Below, piece after piece: positions 26,275 through 37,960 of a stretch of DNA of 64,000 bases. Under the pieces are notes generated by a model, which saw only the letters and a program-made list of their open reading frames with translations, searched no databases and was not told the DNA's origin. The stretch's first letter is position 1, and every line of letters starts with the position of its first letter. The DNA comes from Gordius albopunctatus (lineage: Eukaryota), in NCBI GenBank assembly GCA_964276515.1, contig OZ193910.1:2914001-2978000 (forward strand). Reading direction: 5' to 3'. The position numbers and the translations under genes were made by a program.

Positions 26275-26590
26275 TTGTCAGTGCAGAGAATAGGAAGACA
26301 GTAAAATATTCCTCCCTCGCGGACACAATATTCATCCCCGTAGTGGCAACCACAATTGGAAATTTAGACGCCGAAGCTCTCGCTCTCCTGAAACAAATTG
26401 GAAAAACGATCTCCTAAGTCTCTTTAGAATTGAAAGATTACTTTTATATCAGGCAAAAGATCACAATGGAAATCGTTAAATCCAACACGATTTCCATACA
26501 CGGATCAATGCCATCCGTTTAGTTATAGCGCGTTTTTATATATTTTTTAGTGGTGAATGTAATTTTTTGTATACCGAAAAATAAAATTAT
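26275..26590 (+). mobile_element. 3' fragment of CRE-like non-LTR retrotransposon
   Basis: Translates AENRKTVKYSSLADTIFIPVVATTIGNLDAEALALLKQIGK..YFYIRQKITMEIVKSNTISIHGSMP, the same C-terminal motif as 3471-4485 and 30215-30640. Confidence 0.8.
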
Positions 26591-27879
26591 TAATTACCTT
26601 TGAAAAATCTTACCAAAAATTTGGTAGCATTTTTAAATTTATTTAACTACTATATAGCCTTTAAAATTTGCCCCAAAGTTAAACGTCACTATGGGTTACA
26701 CTGGGCAGAGCCTTCTACTTAGTGTAACATTTTTAGCGATTTATTTTTAAAACTAGGAACCTTTTATTATTTTTTTATTTTTTTTGTGGAAAAGTTGATG
26801 ATATATAGGGGGTATTGTCAAGAATAACACAATTTTTGTGCCCTTAAGATATAATAATATGTCTTGGCAAAACCATAATTTTGTTTTTATTTTAGTTTTT
26901 GATAATAAAAAGAATCATCCCAAATATGTCTAGGATTAAAAATGGTGGGTAATTATTTGCATACCAAGATGGAGAATACATTTTTATGATTCATTCCAAT
27001 TTTATGTCTTTTTTAAAGATTTTACCTAATTATTTACAAGGGGTCATTCCTTAAATCGATAAGGAATGGCAACTCTTGAGAAACCTGGTTCCATTTTCAA
27101 TTTTAGGGCAATTACCATGGAGCATCATCATTATGAAAATTAAAAGAGATCGAAAATAGAATTTTAGCGAAGTCCTTAGTCCGTTCAAATAATATGTGGC
27201 ATTGTTGATTTTTTTAATTCTGCATTATATTTTTGAATTATATGCAAAAACAACAAAATTATTTTTATTTTTATTAGTCTCTCAAAAAATATTAATTCCA
27301 TCTTTCATGAGGTATCCAGGTATGCCTAGAAATATGTTTTAAGAAATAACTACATTACAACTTTAAACTCGTCCAAACTGACAAATTTTGCAAGGTTTAT
27401 CGTTACATAATTTTATTATAAATAAATAAATAGAATAATCACAACTAATTACCATACAAAACAACAGCAAATAATCTTACAGTCACGTAATAAATTCACC
27501 CAATCACAGTTGCCCTAGGGTGATTTCCTCGAGATGGTCTTCGGCAAGGCATAGTTGGCTTGGCACATATACTTTGGCTCATATATATACCGAACAACTC
27601 AAAATATGTATTGGCCATCTAGCGGAAAACAAAAATTAAGATGTGGATATAAATACTGTGTGGCTTTGGAGTATGAAATAAATCTTTAAAGGAATGTTAT
27701 TGTAAATAAGTAATTAAATATTAATCATATTTGTAAAATAAAGCAAGGAAATAAACAAAGCATTTTTACGTACTATACAATAGTATCGTTTAAGCGATAT
27801 ATAAATAATGCAGTTTAATGGGAATTTTTCATAACTAAAACTATTGATATGATTTTCAATTTTTGAATATTGATTAATT

Positions 27880-28460
27880 TTTAAGCATATTGATTTTACC
27901 TTAAGGTATTTTTTTAAATTAAAGCTGCTGATTTTAGAGAAAGAGATCATAGGCTTTTCGCCTTTGAGTTGACTTTATCTTGTTCTTGTGTATCAATAAG
28001 CTTGAAATATTTTTTAAATGTTGGAAATGGAAATTCCACTTCGGTTTCTTCTTCATCTTCTATAATCTCTATCTCTAGATCCATAATAAAACTATTTTTT
28101 ATTATATATCTATAAAATGAATATTAAATTAATATGACTTACAGTTACAATATTTTTCAAAAAAATTTCAATATAAAAAGGATAAACAGATGTTCAATGT
28201 TTAAAATGATTAGATGAAAAATCAAAATAAAACTCGGCTCAACGTTTAATAATGAATAAATTAAATTTAAATAAAATTAAAATTATATTTTTATTAAATT
28301 TTAATTAACAAATATTATTAATATTTAAAAAATAATATAATTTTTATAATAAATTTAAAAAAGGAGCTACTCCCGCTCCTTATTTTTAAAAAGGAGAGGC
28401 GCTCCAGTTTTTTTTGAAAAAATGTAGCGGCGCTCCGGAGCGCCGCTCCTTAACAAGATT
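27880..28460 (-). mobile_element. hAT left-end fragment with decayed BED-finger transposase start
   Basis: End CAATCTTGTTAAGGAGCGGCGCTCCGGAGCGCCGCTAC (minus) with GAGCG subterminal repeats. ATG at ~28084 gives MDLEIEIIEDEEETEVEFPFPTFKKYFKL.., then a frameshifted ISFSKISSFNLKKYLK. Confidence 0.65.
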
Positions 28461-28881
28461 GAGAATTATATAATTCTGTTTGGCATCTTATCCTTCACTT
28501 TCATTCACTTATCACTACCTTAAAAACTAATTAATAAAAAATTAGCCAAATTTTGTAGATATTCTTTCTAAAATAAATTTTGTTAAGCTACTAAAATATA
28601 TTTTAAAGATTCAGTAGAAAATGAAAAGAATTATTAATAATATCAGATCAGTGAATAGAAAAATAAATAAATCATAGCAATTAATTATCAATAGATCAAG
28701 AAATTACTAGGATCGGAATCGGATAATTTCAACAAAGGGAAATAATGCTCCAAATTTCTTATTTTCATTGTAATGCAAGTGAATAAATGATATCGGAAAA
28801 AGAGAATAATGGTTAATTGGCTTTTTGTCGAAATCCAATTCAAAAATAAAAAATTAATTTAAATTATTCAAAAAGGAAAAA

Positions 28882-29736
28882 CGAAAAATTAGGATTTATT
28901 TGGCCAATGTTCATTTTTTCATTGGTCAGTAGCCAGCGGACGGTCAAAAAGTCATATTATCAATGGTATTAACAAGAACAAAATATTAAATTAATTAAAA
29001 AAATAAAAATTTTGCCCTCTCCGGGATTCGAACCCACATTAAATAGAGGCATAAGTCTTTGGAGGGGAACAGGGAACCATATAAATAGAGCCATAGGCCC
29101 TTGTAGAGGAGGGCATAGGGTAATTATCAATGTTAAACTATTAAAAAACGAAAAATTAAAAATTTCGATTTATCTGGCCAGTGGTCATTTTTTCATTGGT
29201 CAGTAGCCTGCGGACGGTCAAAAATTCATATTATCAATGGTATTAACAAGAACAATATATTAATTTAATTTAAAAAAAATAAAAATTTTTGTCCTCTCCG
29301 GGTCTCGAACCATCAATTTAGAACGTTCGCCGGGATTCAAACCCACATTAAATAGAGGCATAAGCCTTTGGAGGGGAACAGGGAACCATATAAATAGAGC
29401 CATAGGCCCTTGTAGGGGAGGGCATAGGGTAATTATCAATGTTAAACTATTCAAAAACGAAAAATTAAAAATTTCGATTTATCTGGCCAGTGGTCATTTT
29501 TTCATTGGTCAGTAGCCTGCGGACAGTCAAAAAGTCATATTATCAATGGTATTAACAAGAACAAAATATTAATTTAATTTAATTTAAAAAAAAAAAAATT
29601 TTTGTCCTCTCCGGATCTCGAACCCGCAACCTCCAGGTCGGGAAGCTGGTGTAAATAACTTGGTGGACGACGGACGGACGGACGGACGGACGACGGACAA
29701 CCAAAAACGAGCCCATAAATTGCATAGCAATTAAAA
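28882..29736 (+). repeat. Tandem array (~2.7 units of 270-310 bp) ending in (GGAC)n and a hairpin; Helentron/DINE(HINE)-like element
   Basis: Units start at ~28882, 29149 and 29458. The 3' end has GGACGACGGACGGACGGAC.., then ACGAGCCCATA and a perfect hairpin AATTGC-ATA-GCAATT followed by AAAA. A short relative at ~54575-54715 has the same end. Confidence 0.65.
29604..29668 (-). pseudogene. tRNA-derived segment (D-arm missing, anticodon CCC) inside the repeat
   Basis: Minus strand: GTCCACC AAGTTATTTACA CCAGC TTCCCGA CCTGG AGGTT GCGGG TTCGAGA TCCGG AGAGGAC, then an A5 spacer and a long T-run. B-box remnants (GGGTTCGAATCCC-like) also occur in upstream units at ~29013-29036 and ~29291-29345. Confidence 0.55.
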
Positions 29737-30214
29737 GTATATAGCCGTATTTATTTATAAATGCTATTTTGAGTCAGTTACTCACCTATAGAATAAAAAC
29801 TTTCAATCTAAAAATATGTTATTTTTTAATAAAAAAAATTATTAATTTTTGCCAAGGGGGTAAACTATCCGTTTTTCTACCCCTTTCTCTACGCCTATGA
29901 TGGGAATTTGTTAACTCGGTTTCAACGCAAATCGTATAGACGTTTCGCCTTTCCCAAGAAACTTAATCTGCTAACCCCGCCCCCACCACTCTATCGAATC
30001 TCCCACGATTTCTTTCTAAATGTCTATACTACAACTTCATATACATATTTTTACTTTTTACAGCAACTTAACACGCTATTTATATTTTTATATACATTTT
30101 CTTAAGTAGATAAAAAAAAACGTCTCCGTGCGGAGGAACAAATGAGCATTTAAAGCTTATTTTTTAAACCCCCTTTCAGTGGATAACAATAAAAATAATT
30201 AAGACATTATTTTT

Positions 30215-30640
30215 ATTTTTTTTTAATAAATTAAAGTTTATTTCCAAATAATTAAGTATGTTGTATGCAAAAATATATAAATTAATGAGCTGGCATCGAT
30301 CCATGGATTGAGATTGTATTAGATTTTATAATTTCCATGGTGATTTTCTGCTTGATGTAAATAAAAAAATTCTTTGGATTCCTGTGTAATGGAGGTTACA
30401 TATTTAGATATTTGTTTGAGGAATTGGCTACCTTCGGGACCTAAATTACCTGGGGTCGTGGCCACTACTGGTACAAATACCAATATAATATTGCTGAGGT
30501 ATTTGTATTTTTCCACTTTCTTTTTTTCAGTAGAAGAGATGAGGTCGGGAGAGGCGTTAGATTTAGCAAATATGTCCACTGCAGTGAAGTCCCAACAAGC
30601 GTTTAGGCCACGAGATTTATCATCAAAGGATATCAGACTG
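30215..30640 (-). mobile_element. 3' fragment of CRE-like non-LTR retrotransposon
   Basis: ACWDFTAVDIFAKSN..EKKKVEKYKYL..FVPVVATTPGNLGPEGSQFLKQI..FFYL.Q, followed by AATAAA and an A-rich tail. Confidence 0.8.
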
Positions 30641-31703
30641 TATTTATAAGCCTAATATATTTGCCTTTCTCTGTATACTATTATGTATTTGTTTTTAATT
30701 CTTCCATATCTACTAAATTTAACAAAATACAATTAATTTATTATATGCTCAAAAAGTGTCAAACAAGTGGACTTTATTAAAGTCGTTAAACTCTATTTTT
30801 AGGCTATATTCGTCTTTCTCTTTTGTGTATATTAATATGTTTTTTGTATTTAATTCTTGCTTATCTACTAAATTTAATAAAATATAATTAATTTATTATA
30901 TTGTTTATAATGTTTTGCATTCTATAAAAAAAATTTAGACCTTTTATAAAGGTCATATTTGTTTAAATTTTTCTGCCAGATACCCGCCAGGTTCGTCTAA
31001 ATTGCCTTTAGGGTGCGTTTTAACCCTTCTATGTGTCCGCCTCGCCATGCTTAAATTATTAGAGGTACCTAAACTGCCCGGGCCAAAAAATTATAAGAAT
31101 TTCACCCATTTTTTTCCTAATTTCCAAAATATTTTGCTACGATTTATTATATTAAATTTATAATACAATCAAATAAAAAATAAAAAAAATAGACCATATA
31201 AAAAATCACATGAAGCTCAAATTGCACAAAACTTTATATGGTGCCCCCCGGGCCTATCTGAAAATCTAAATTAACAACAGTTACCTGCACGACTCATAGG
31301 CCGATCTGGCCCGGCAGCGGGCTGGAACTTTTTGGTTTTTGAACTTATTTTTATTACAATTTATGGTAGCCCCCCCCCCACCTTCTAAGAAAATCTCTGT
31401 TACCTGTCATCCTTTCATCAATATTCAATTGTATACAACACTTTGCAAATTTATTTTTACCCCTCTAAAGTTGAATTAAAAAATCCAAAAGGTAGACCCG
31501 CGTTATCCTCTTTTATAAACTTATATTGTATAAATCAATCAAAATATAAAGCTGCCACATATATAAGCGTAGTATGTTTCCCAAATATTTCCTTTTATTA
31601 GCAAGAATATTCAATGGATATTGCATATAATTTAATATGCATATAATATTTATGTAAAATTTGCAAACTAAAACTGTTTTATTGTTTTTAGTTTCAATTT
31701 TAC

Positions 31704-33051
31704 ATGAAAAACATCTGGGTTTTAGCCTTTATGTGTTGGGCTAAATTGGTTGCGATGGCTTGGAGATCGCACGGAAAAAATAATCAAGAATTGGTTGATG
31801 CGCTGCGAAGTAATTATATTTTCTAAATGGTTTAAAATTTCTTAGATAACGGGGTTATCAATAGTGATATCGTCAAGGATGTAATGAGCAAAGTAGATCG
31901 CGGAGATTTCGTTTCCCAATCACCTTATATGGATTCACCGCAATCGATTGGGTATAATGTGACCATCAGTGCACCCCATATGGTATTATTTTTTTCCCAA
32001 CAATTTTATTTATTTTACTAATAAGCATGCTGCGGCATTAGAGCTTATGAAAAATCACCTTAAACCTGGCAATAGAGCTTTAGATATAGGCTCTGGAAGT
32101 GGCTACTTAACAGCTTGCATGGGCCTTATGGTAGAATCTTATGCTAAAATTTAAGCTAGAAAATTTAGGTTTCTCCCAATGGTAAAGCAGTTGGTATTGA
32201 CCATATGGGTAGTCTTGTTGAGCAATCCAAAATAAATATTAAAAAACACCATGGAATTCTTTTAGAACAAGATATTGTAATATTAATTGGTAAGGAAATG
32301 GTAATGCATACTATTATAATGTTCACACAAAATTTATTAATAAAAATAAAATAATCTGTTAAATATATATGCTTTATTTACTATTGCATGTTTATATTTA
32401 ATTAGAGGGAGATGGACGTAAAGGTTATGAGCAATATGCACCATATCATGCAATTCATGTTGGGGCTGCAGCTCCAGCAAAACCAGAAATAGTAAACTTA
32501 AAACACGTTTTGAAAATAATAGATATACTTGCTTATTGTTTAGAAAGTATGTAGCTTTATCAGCAAGCATAGTTTTTATGGAAATTATTTTAAATTAATT
32601 AATAAGTTTGGCTACAACACCAAGTAGTAAATAGTGTATGGTACCCCTTACCACCCAAACTACAATTTACTATGCCCATGAATAAAGGTCAACAATCTAA
32701 AGCCACATTAAAACCATATTAAATCAATGACAGTGTTTCACATACCTAAAAATTTGTTTGCTATAAAACATTTTCTTCTTAATATAATTTAATTTGTGTT
32801 TTATAATTTTAAAAATACTTTATAATTTCTTTTATGTTTAATGTACATTTGTTTTTTAGCTCATTCAGCAACTAGCTAATGGTGGTCGTCTTGTGTGCCC
32901 AGTCGATGTGTCATGGGGTAACCAAGAAATGATGCAATATGACAAAGATGCCAATGGCAAAGTTACAGAAAAAAGTTTAATGGGTGTCATGTATGTACCA
33001 CTCACGGATAAGCACAAACAATGGGCAAAGCCTGAATTAGCCCACAAGTAA
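31704..33051 (+). CDS. PCMT1: Protein-L-isoaspartate(D-aspartate) O-methyltransferase (PIMT)
   Basis: Exons 31704(31755)-31809, 31846-31982, 32026-32130, 32169-32289, 32406-32491, 32860-33051. Motifs [88 protein letters not shown]. 231 aa from MAWR, 248 aa from the upstream in-frame ATG. Confidence 0.97.
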
Positions 33052-34320
33052 GGCATTGTTTAGCTGCTAAAGTTTTTTTAATTTATCTTTTATTCACATA
33101 TGTAATTATTTATTGATATTTATTTATTTATAAGCTTTCTTATTTCCTTATATATATTTCTCAGTTTTTTATTGTAAATTATTATGTAGCTAGTATGATG
33201 CTATGCTATTAGGAAAATTCTTTTTTCTAAAGGACTTTAAAACTTCATATTACAAGGAAAGTCTTATATTACTACTAGAAATTGTTGAAATGACTAAAGT
33301 TTTATAAATTATCTTTTCAATATTTTAGTATTTTAAACCTATTTTAATTTCAAATTTAAATTATCTGAAATTTATTTAATATATTGTTTTATTTTATTTG
33401 CATGGTTATATGAATCAAAAACAACTCATGTAAAGATACTTTTTTGTATATTCCTATAATAGCTGATGCCAAAATGGTATTATACTCTTAGTGTATTGAT
33501 GCTAGAAGATGCCGAGATTCATTGCTATTAGTATATACATTATAGAAATACTAGCATACTTTACATTTATCTATATATGCTTTGTTTTCTATAGTTTATA
33601 ATTATTGTAGATATATATACATAGTAATCAAGTAATTTATTGACTTCAAGTATTTCTTTGTATATATCACATTATCATGACTTAAAATAAAGATGTTGCC
33701 AAAGGGATTATTATGTTTATTATTTTTCTAAAGTATTGAATTTAGAAGGAAAATCAAAGTTTTCTAATCTTACTGAGGTTGGACAATAATTGTTGCTCAT
33801 TTATAATTTGTTTATGCTGTCAAGATTGTCCTTAAATTAAGAAATATCAAACTTTTTATTTTTAGTGATTAAAAATTAGTGTAACAATAATACCCATGTT
33901 CATTAAAAAAATTATAAAAAAATCTCTATCAAAAAAGAAGTAAAAATAACTGTAAGTTGCATCAATATAACGCCATCGGGCGCATATTTGGAACTTATTT
34001 TTACAGATGTTGGATAAATTATGATTTAAAGTAAATTTATGTTAAAGTTACGACTTAATGAAGTTGTCATATAAAAATTTATAAATTCAAAGGTTTTATT
34101 TATTATGTTTAAGCTATTAGATGTTTTATAAGCTGGAAGCAATAAAATTGTGCAGCCAGTAAGCACTTTAATTTCTAACCTTGGAAAACATATAAGATTG
34201 GTAATCAACAAATTAAAAATTCATAAAATCAGTAGTTTTTATATTTGTGATAATAAATAATTTTATCGATTTTTTAGACTTAACCAAATCTAAATTATAT
34301 ATTGTATATTCAATCCGTTA

Positions 34321-34611
34321 TTGTGAATTTCTTTGTATAAAATCAGTGGGTTTGGATTGAACTGGGTAGAGGGAAATGAAACTCGATATTTCGGGAAATT
34401 ATAGCTCATCATCAGTAAAAAAAGTGAGAATGATTGTTTTTATCTATCAACGTGTTTTTGTTACCCATTAACTCACTTTACTTCATTTTTTTGACTTCAT
34501 CTTCACCTTTTCTCTGATGATTGGCTATTATTGCCCGAAATATAGCATCCCATTTCCCTCTACCTACTCTATCAATCCAAACCCACCGATTTTATATTAA
34601 GAAACACACAA
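34321..34611. repeat. Inverted repeat (~95-bp arms), each arm carrying a hammerhead-ribozyme-like core; Penelope-like element termini
   Basis: Arms ~34321-34420 and ~34510-34611. Plus-strand core CTGATGA-T-TGGC..GCCC-GAAA-TATA (34514-34544); minus-strand core CTGATGA-T-GAGC..TCCC-GAAA-TATC (34415-34385). Confidence 0.65.
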
Positions 34612-34981
34612 ATCTAAATTGTTTTCCAAATTTTAAATTTCAAGAATCTTAATAAAATTGTGATTGGGGATCTCATTAAAATGAATCTTAATTGTGAGTA
34701 TTTAAACAAATTTACAAGATTTTAATAATTATAAATTTTGATTGCGTTTGCCATTAAAAAAGAAACGCTCAACCCTCATTTTAGCACTATATTTGGCGCC
34801 AAAATAAAGTATGATTATTATATTAGACATACATAAAAAAATCATGATAGTGAAAAATGGGAAGGGCACCCCTCTACCCTTAGTTACACAAAAATTTATC
34901 AATACCAAAAGAACATACTATTTAGTTTATATTCTATTTTATTTAAATTTATTCTATTTTACTTAAATTTAATTCACTCAT

Positions 34982-35012
34982 CTGATGATGTTTTCTATGA
35001 AAACGAAATATA
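34982..35012 (+). ncRNA. Minimal hammerhead ribozyme-like motif (probably decayed)
   Basis: CTGATGA-T-GTTTTC-TAT-GAAAAC-GAAA-TATA: intact catalytic boxes and a perfect 6-bp stem II, but stem I pairing is weak. Confidence 0.5.
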
Positions 35013-35529
35013 ATAATAATTATAATATTTTTTTAACACACTCAACAATTCCCGATAATTTATCCATGAAGAAAATGAATTGCTTTGTTACCTAAATATA
35101 GACAAAGTAGTTTAATTGAACTCTAACAGAGAAGAGGAATAATAAAGAGCAAGAAACGATAGACAAAAAACTGGCCGGAGCATGTTTCTTGTTTTCCTGG
35201 AGAGGGGGTCTTATGGCCCGGAATCTAATTCCCTTTTCTTCTACTCATTCCATCCATCCATATCTAAATATACTTAAAAATTAATTGGTAATAAATAATT
35301 AAATTAGTACCCGTTTGCTATAGCCCTAATATGGTTGAGTAATGTCCGCTCATCACTCCTTATTAGTCATTTAAAATCATCTTAAAATGTTTTTAATTAA
35401 TCGCCGTTTTTGCTCTGGTGCATTTTTGGACCCAAACTTGGTAAATCGTATAAAGCTTAATTTAAAACGATATTAACAATAATCTATAATTTAATACTAA
35501 CAATTAGCTCCAAGTCTTTTAACCAGCTA

Positions 35530-37960
35530 CATCATAGATTTACGATGCTCTGCCGTTCCTAGGAGGTCTTGAGTGTCGTTGGAAGGTGCAAACAGGTCAA
35601 TGCAAGTGTGGTCCCATTTAATAAAAGGGCTTTTGTCCCATGGGACAAGTGAAGTACCATCAGGACTCTTCCGCCCTTCAAAGAGGGATCTGACTGTTCA
35701 AGGATGGAGGGAACTTTTGCCCGTTTGAGGCTAGCTTAGCTTGTAGCAGTGTATTTATTTTTTGGTGTCTACTATACCGGCGTTTGTTAAATACAATGCA
35801 GAGTGTGACGCGCTTCCACATCTGCAAGTGAATTACAAAGCCGGCAGGGGTATGGAGACGTGTATTTACAGCCCAAGCGGAGGGCAGGGTAGGGTTCTCT
35901 AAGCGTATACCCGAAAACATGCTAGGGTAAGCTTCAAGCAATCCATGACCGGATTTATCAAAAGCCAATCACCTAAGATTGCATTATTTGGCGTCGCATG
36001 TCTAGAGAAGGTAAGCAACGGACCGCGACACCAAACTTGCATCCAACTCTTTTTGGGCATATGATTGTGGAATGTCAACTCCTAAATTGACATTCTCATT
36101 CCGAAGAGCTAAGGCTTCATTGATGGAGGGATTGAGTAAGAAAGGTCGTTAATAGGTTGTTTAAAAGATATGAAGGAAGAAAGGCGGCTAGGGAAATCGC
36201 AGTTGGTGAGCGAATACCTAGACCACAGGATTTTGTGGGAAGAGTGGCTTGAAGCCTAGTAAAAAGCTTGCGTGGAGGGAAAACAGAATAAAATTTTGCT
36301 TATGTTCTAGTTATTTTTTATAATATAGAAGGAGTGAAGAGATATCATAGATTTAAAAATGTCTAATTTGATTTTTAAAGAGGAAAGGTTTTTGTCTAAA
36401 ATGTTTTAATGGCACTCATCTCCCCCGATAGGTGAGTCAAAAACAGGGCAAGAAAATGAAAGAGAACTCATGACATATTATTTCTCAATATTAAAATCAT
36501 TTGTTTGTGTGAATAGATATAGAATAAAGTTTTATGGAAATTGCTGTTTAAATGAATAGGTATAGACTGAAGTTTAATAAAATTTGAAAATTAATTTACA
36601 ATTTATTTTGTTTTTAAATAATTAATGCATTAGTTTTTGTTAAAAAATTGTGTGATGAGCTTCTTATGACTTTCACATTTAAAGAGTTTGTTTTCTATAA
36701 AGAATACAAACTCTCTAAATTTTTTTTAAATTTGTTAATATTATATGGGCATATTTGGCTATAGTAAAAAATCCCATTTGTGCATCTTCTTTGGTGGGTA
36801 TTTTTTTAACTAATTCAACTTCATTATACTCATCAAAGGCAGGATACTCTTGACTTTCCAAATGTTCTAAAAAATTAAAATGTAAAATTACCTATTTCCT
36901 CTATAATATAAGCATCCGTATAATCACCAAAACAGCTAATAAAATCATCATAATAGTTAAGCGAATTATTTGTTGTAGCAAATGAGGTGCTAACTAAAGA
37001 ATCTGAGCTGCTAGAATATTCTGTAAACACATTCAAACAACCTGCAGCATCAATCTTGCCGTCATTTTGCATATTAAGATTAACATTAAAGCCTGCTTTT
37101 TTAAAACAATTTTCTATAGTTTTGCTAGAAACGGCATTCCAAGATGCTTCAATCAAAAATAAAGAATCCAATAAAGAAAAACTTTTTTCAAAGTCAAGTC
37201 CATTATTTTCATAAAACAGTGGAAATAATAAAAGGGAGAATCAGATCAATGATAATAATATATTGCCTTGGTAAGAAGTAAAGCATTAGTTGCACATAAC
37301 TATTTTCTACATACCATTTTAGTAAAGCTTGTTTAGTTTATAGGTATTGTGCTAAATTAAACTTTTGATTTATATGAACAAGATTACGTTTCCTTTGACT
37401 TTTTTAGAGAGATATGTTATTAAAAGCAGTTGTCTGCAATTCAGCTGCATTTTTGCATATAGGGTAAATTGTCCCTAGTCCCACTCCAAACTATTGGCTA
37501 AAGTTGATTTGCTGGTCATAGTAATTTAAATTTTTTCATTCTCACTTAAACACCTAAATTTAATGTAAAAAATAACTTTAAAAATTTTATAATCTTACCA
37601 CTTATCCGATTTTTAGCATAAGTAGATTTAGCGTAAATTTTAGGCAATTTGTTCAAAAAATCGCGGTTATTTATCATTTATAAATATTGTCATTTATCCA
37701 ATTCTCACTTTTAAAATATCGACTGTATTAACTTTTTTAATTTTCGCAAAGCTAAAGAAATTTGGGTGAATAATATCCAAGTCAGAATAAATTTCACTTT
37801 TTGAGGCGTTTAAAGATAAGTTTAAAGTGGGGAAAAAGGCTTGTATTAAATCTAGTGCTTGGACTAGGTTTTCGGGAGTGGCGTCATCTAAATACCAGAC
37901 ATTAAGGATGAACTTACAATATTTGTTAATTTCATTAATTAGGTGATTTATAGCCAAACA
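35530..37960 (-). mobile_element. Decayed CRE-like non-LTR retrotransposon interrupted by a pogo-like element
   Basis: RT fragment LNVWYLDDAT..LNLSLNASKSE at 37960-37730. It resumes at ~36470 with DSPIGGD..HSFYIIKN..QATLPTKSCGLGIRSPTAISLAAFLPS and continues into sequence colinear with 3800-4480. Confidence 0.8.
36475..37725 (-). mobile_element. Deleted pogo/Tigger (Tc1-mariner superfamily) transposon
   Basis: TA|CAGTCGA terminus at 37725 (minus). Transposase C-terminal motif IEASWNAVSSKTIENCFKKAGF at ~37171-37080. The other terminus was not identified, so that boundary is approximate. Confidence 0.75.

Noticed and set aside
27495..27625. RFX X-box-like (GTTGCCCTAGGGTGA) and CTCF-like (GCCATCTAGCGG) motifs
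   Set aside because: Imperfect short matches in transposon-rich DNA with no adjacent gene start.
31680..31703. Acceptor AG just upstream of the PIMT (and AIFM3) start codon as evidence of spliced-leader trans-splicing
   Set aside because: Plausible cis donors exist upstream (GTATGT ~31572; GTAGGA ~61886 on minus), so ordinary 5'-UTR introns suffice.
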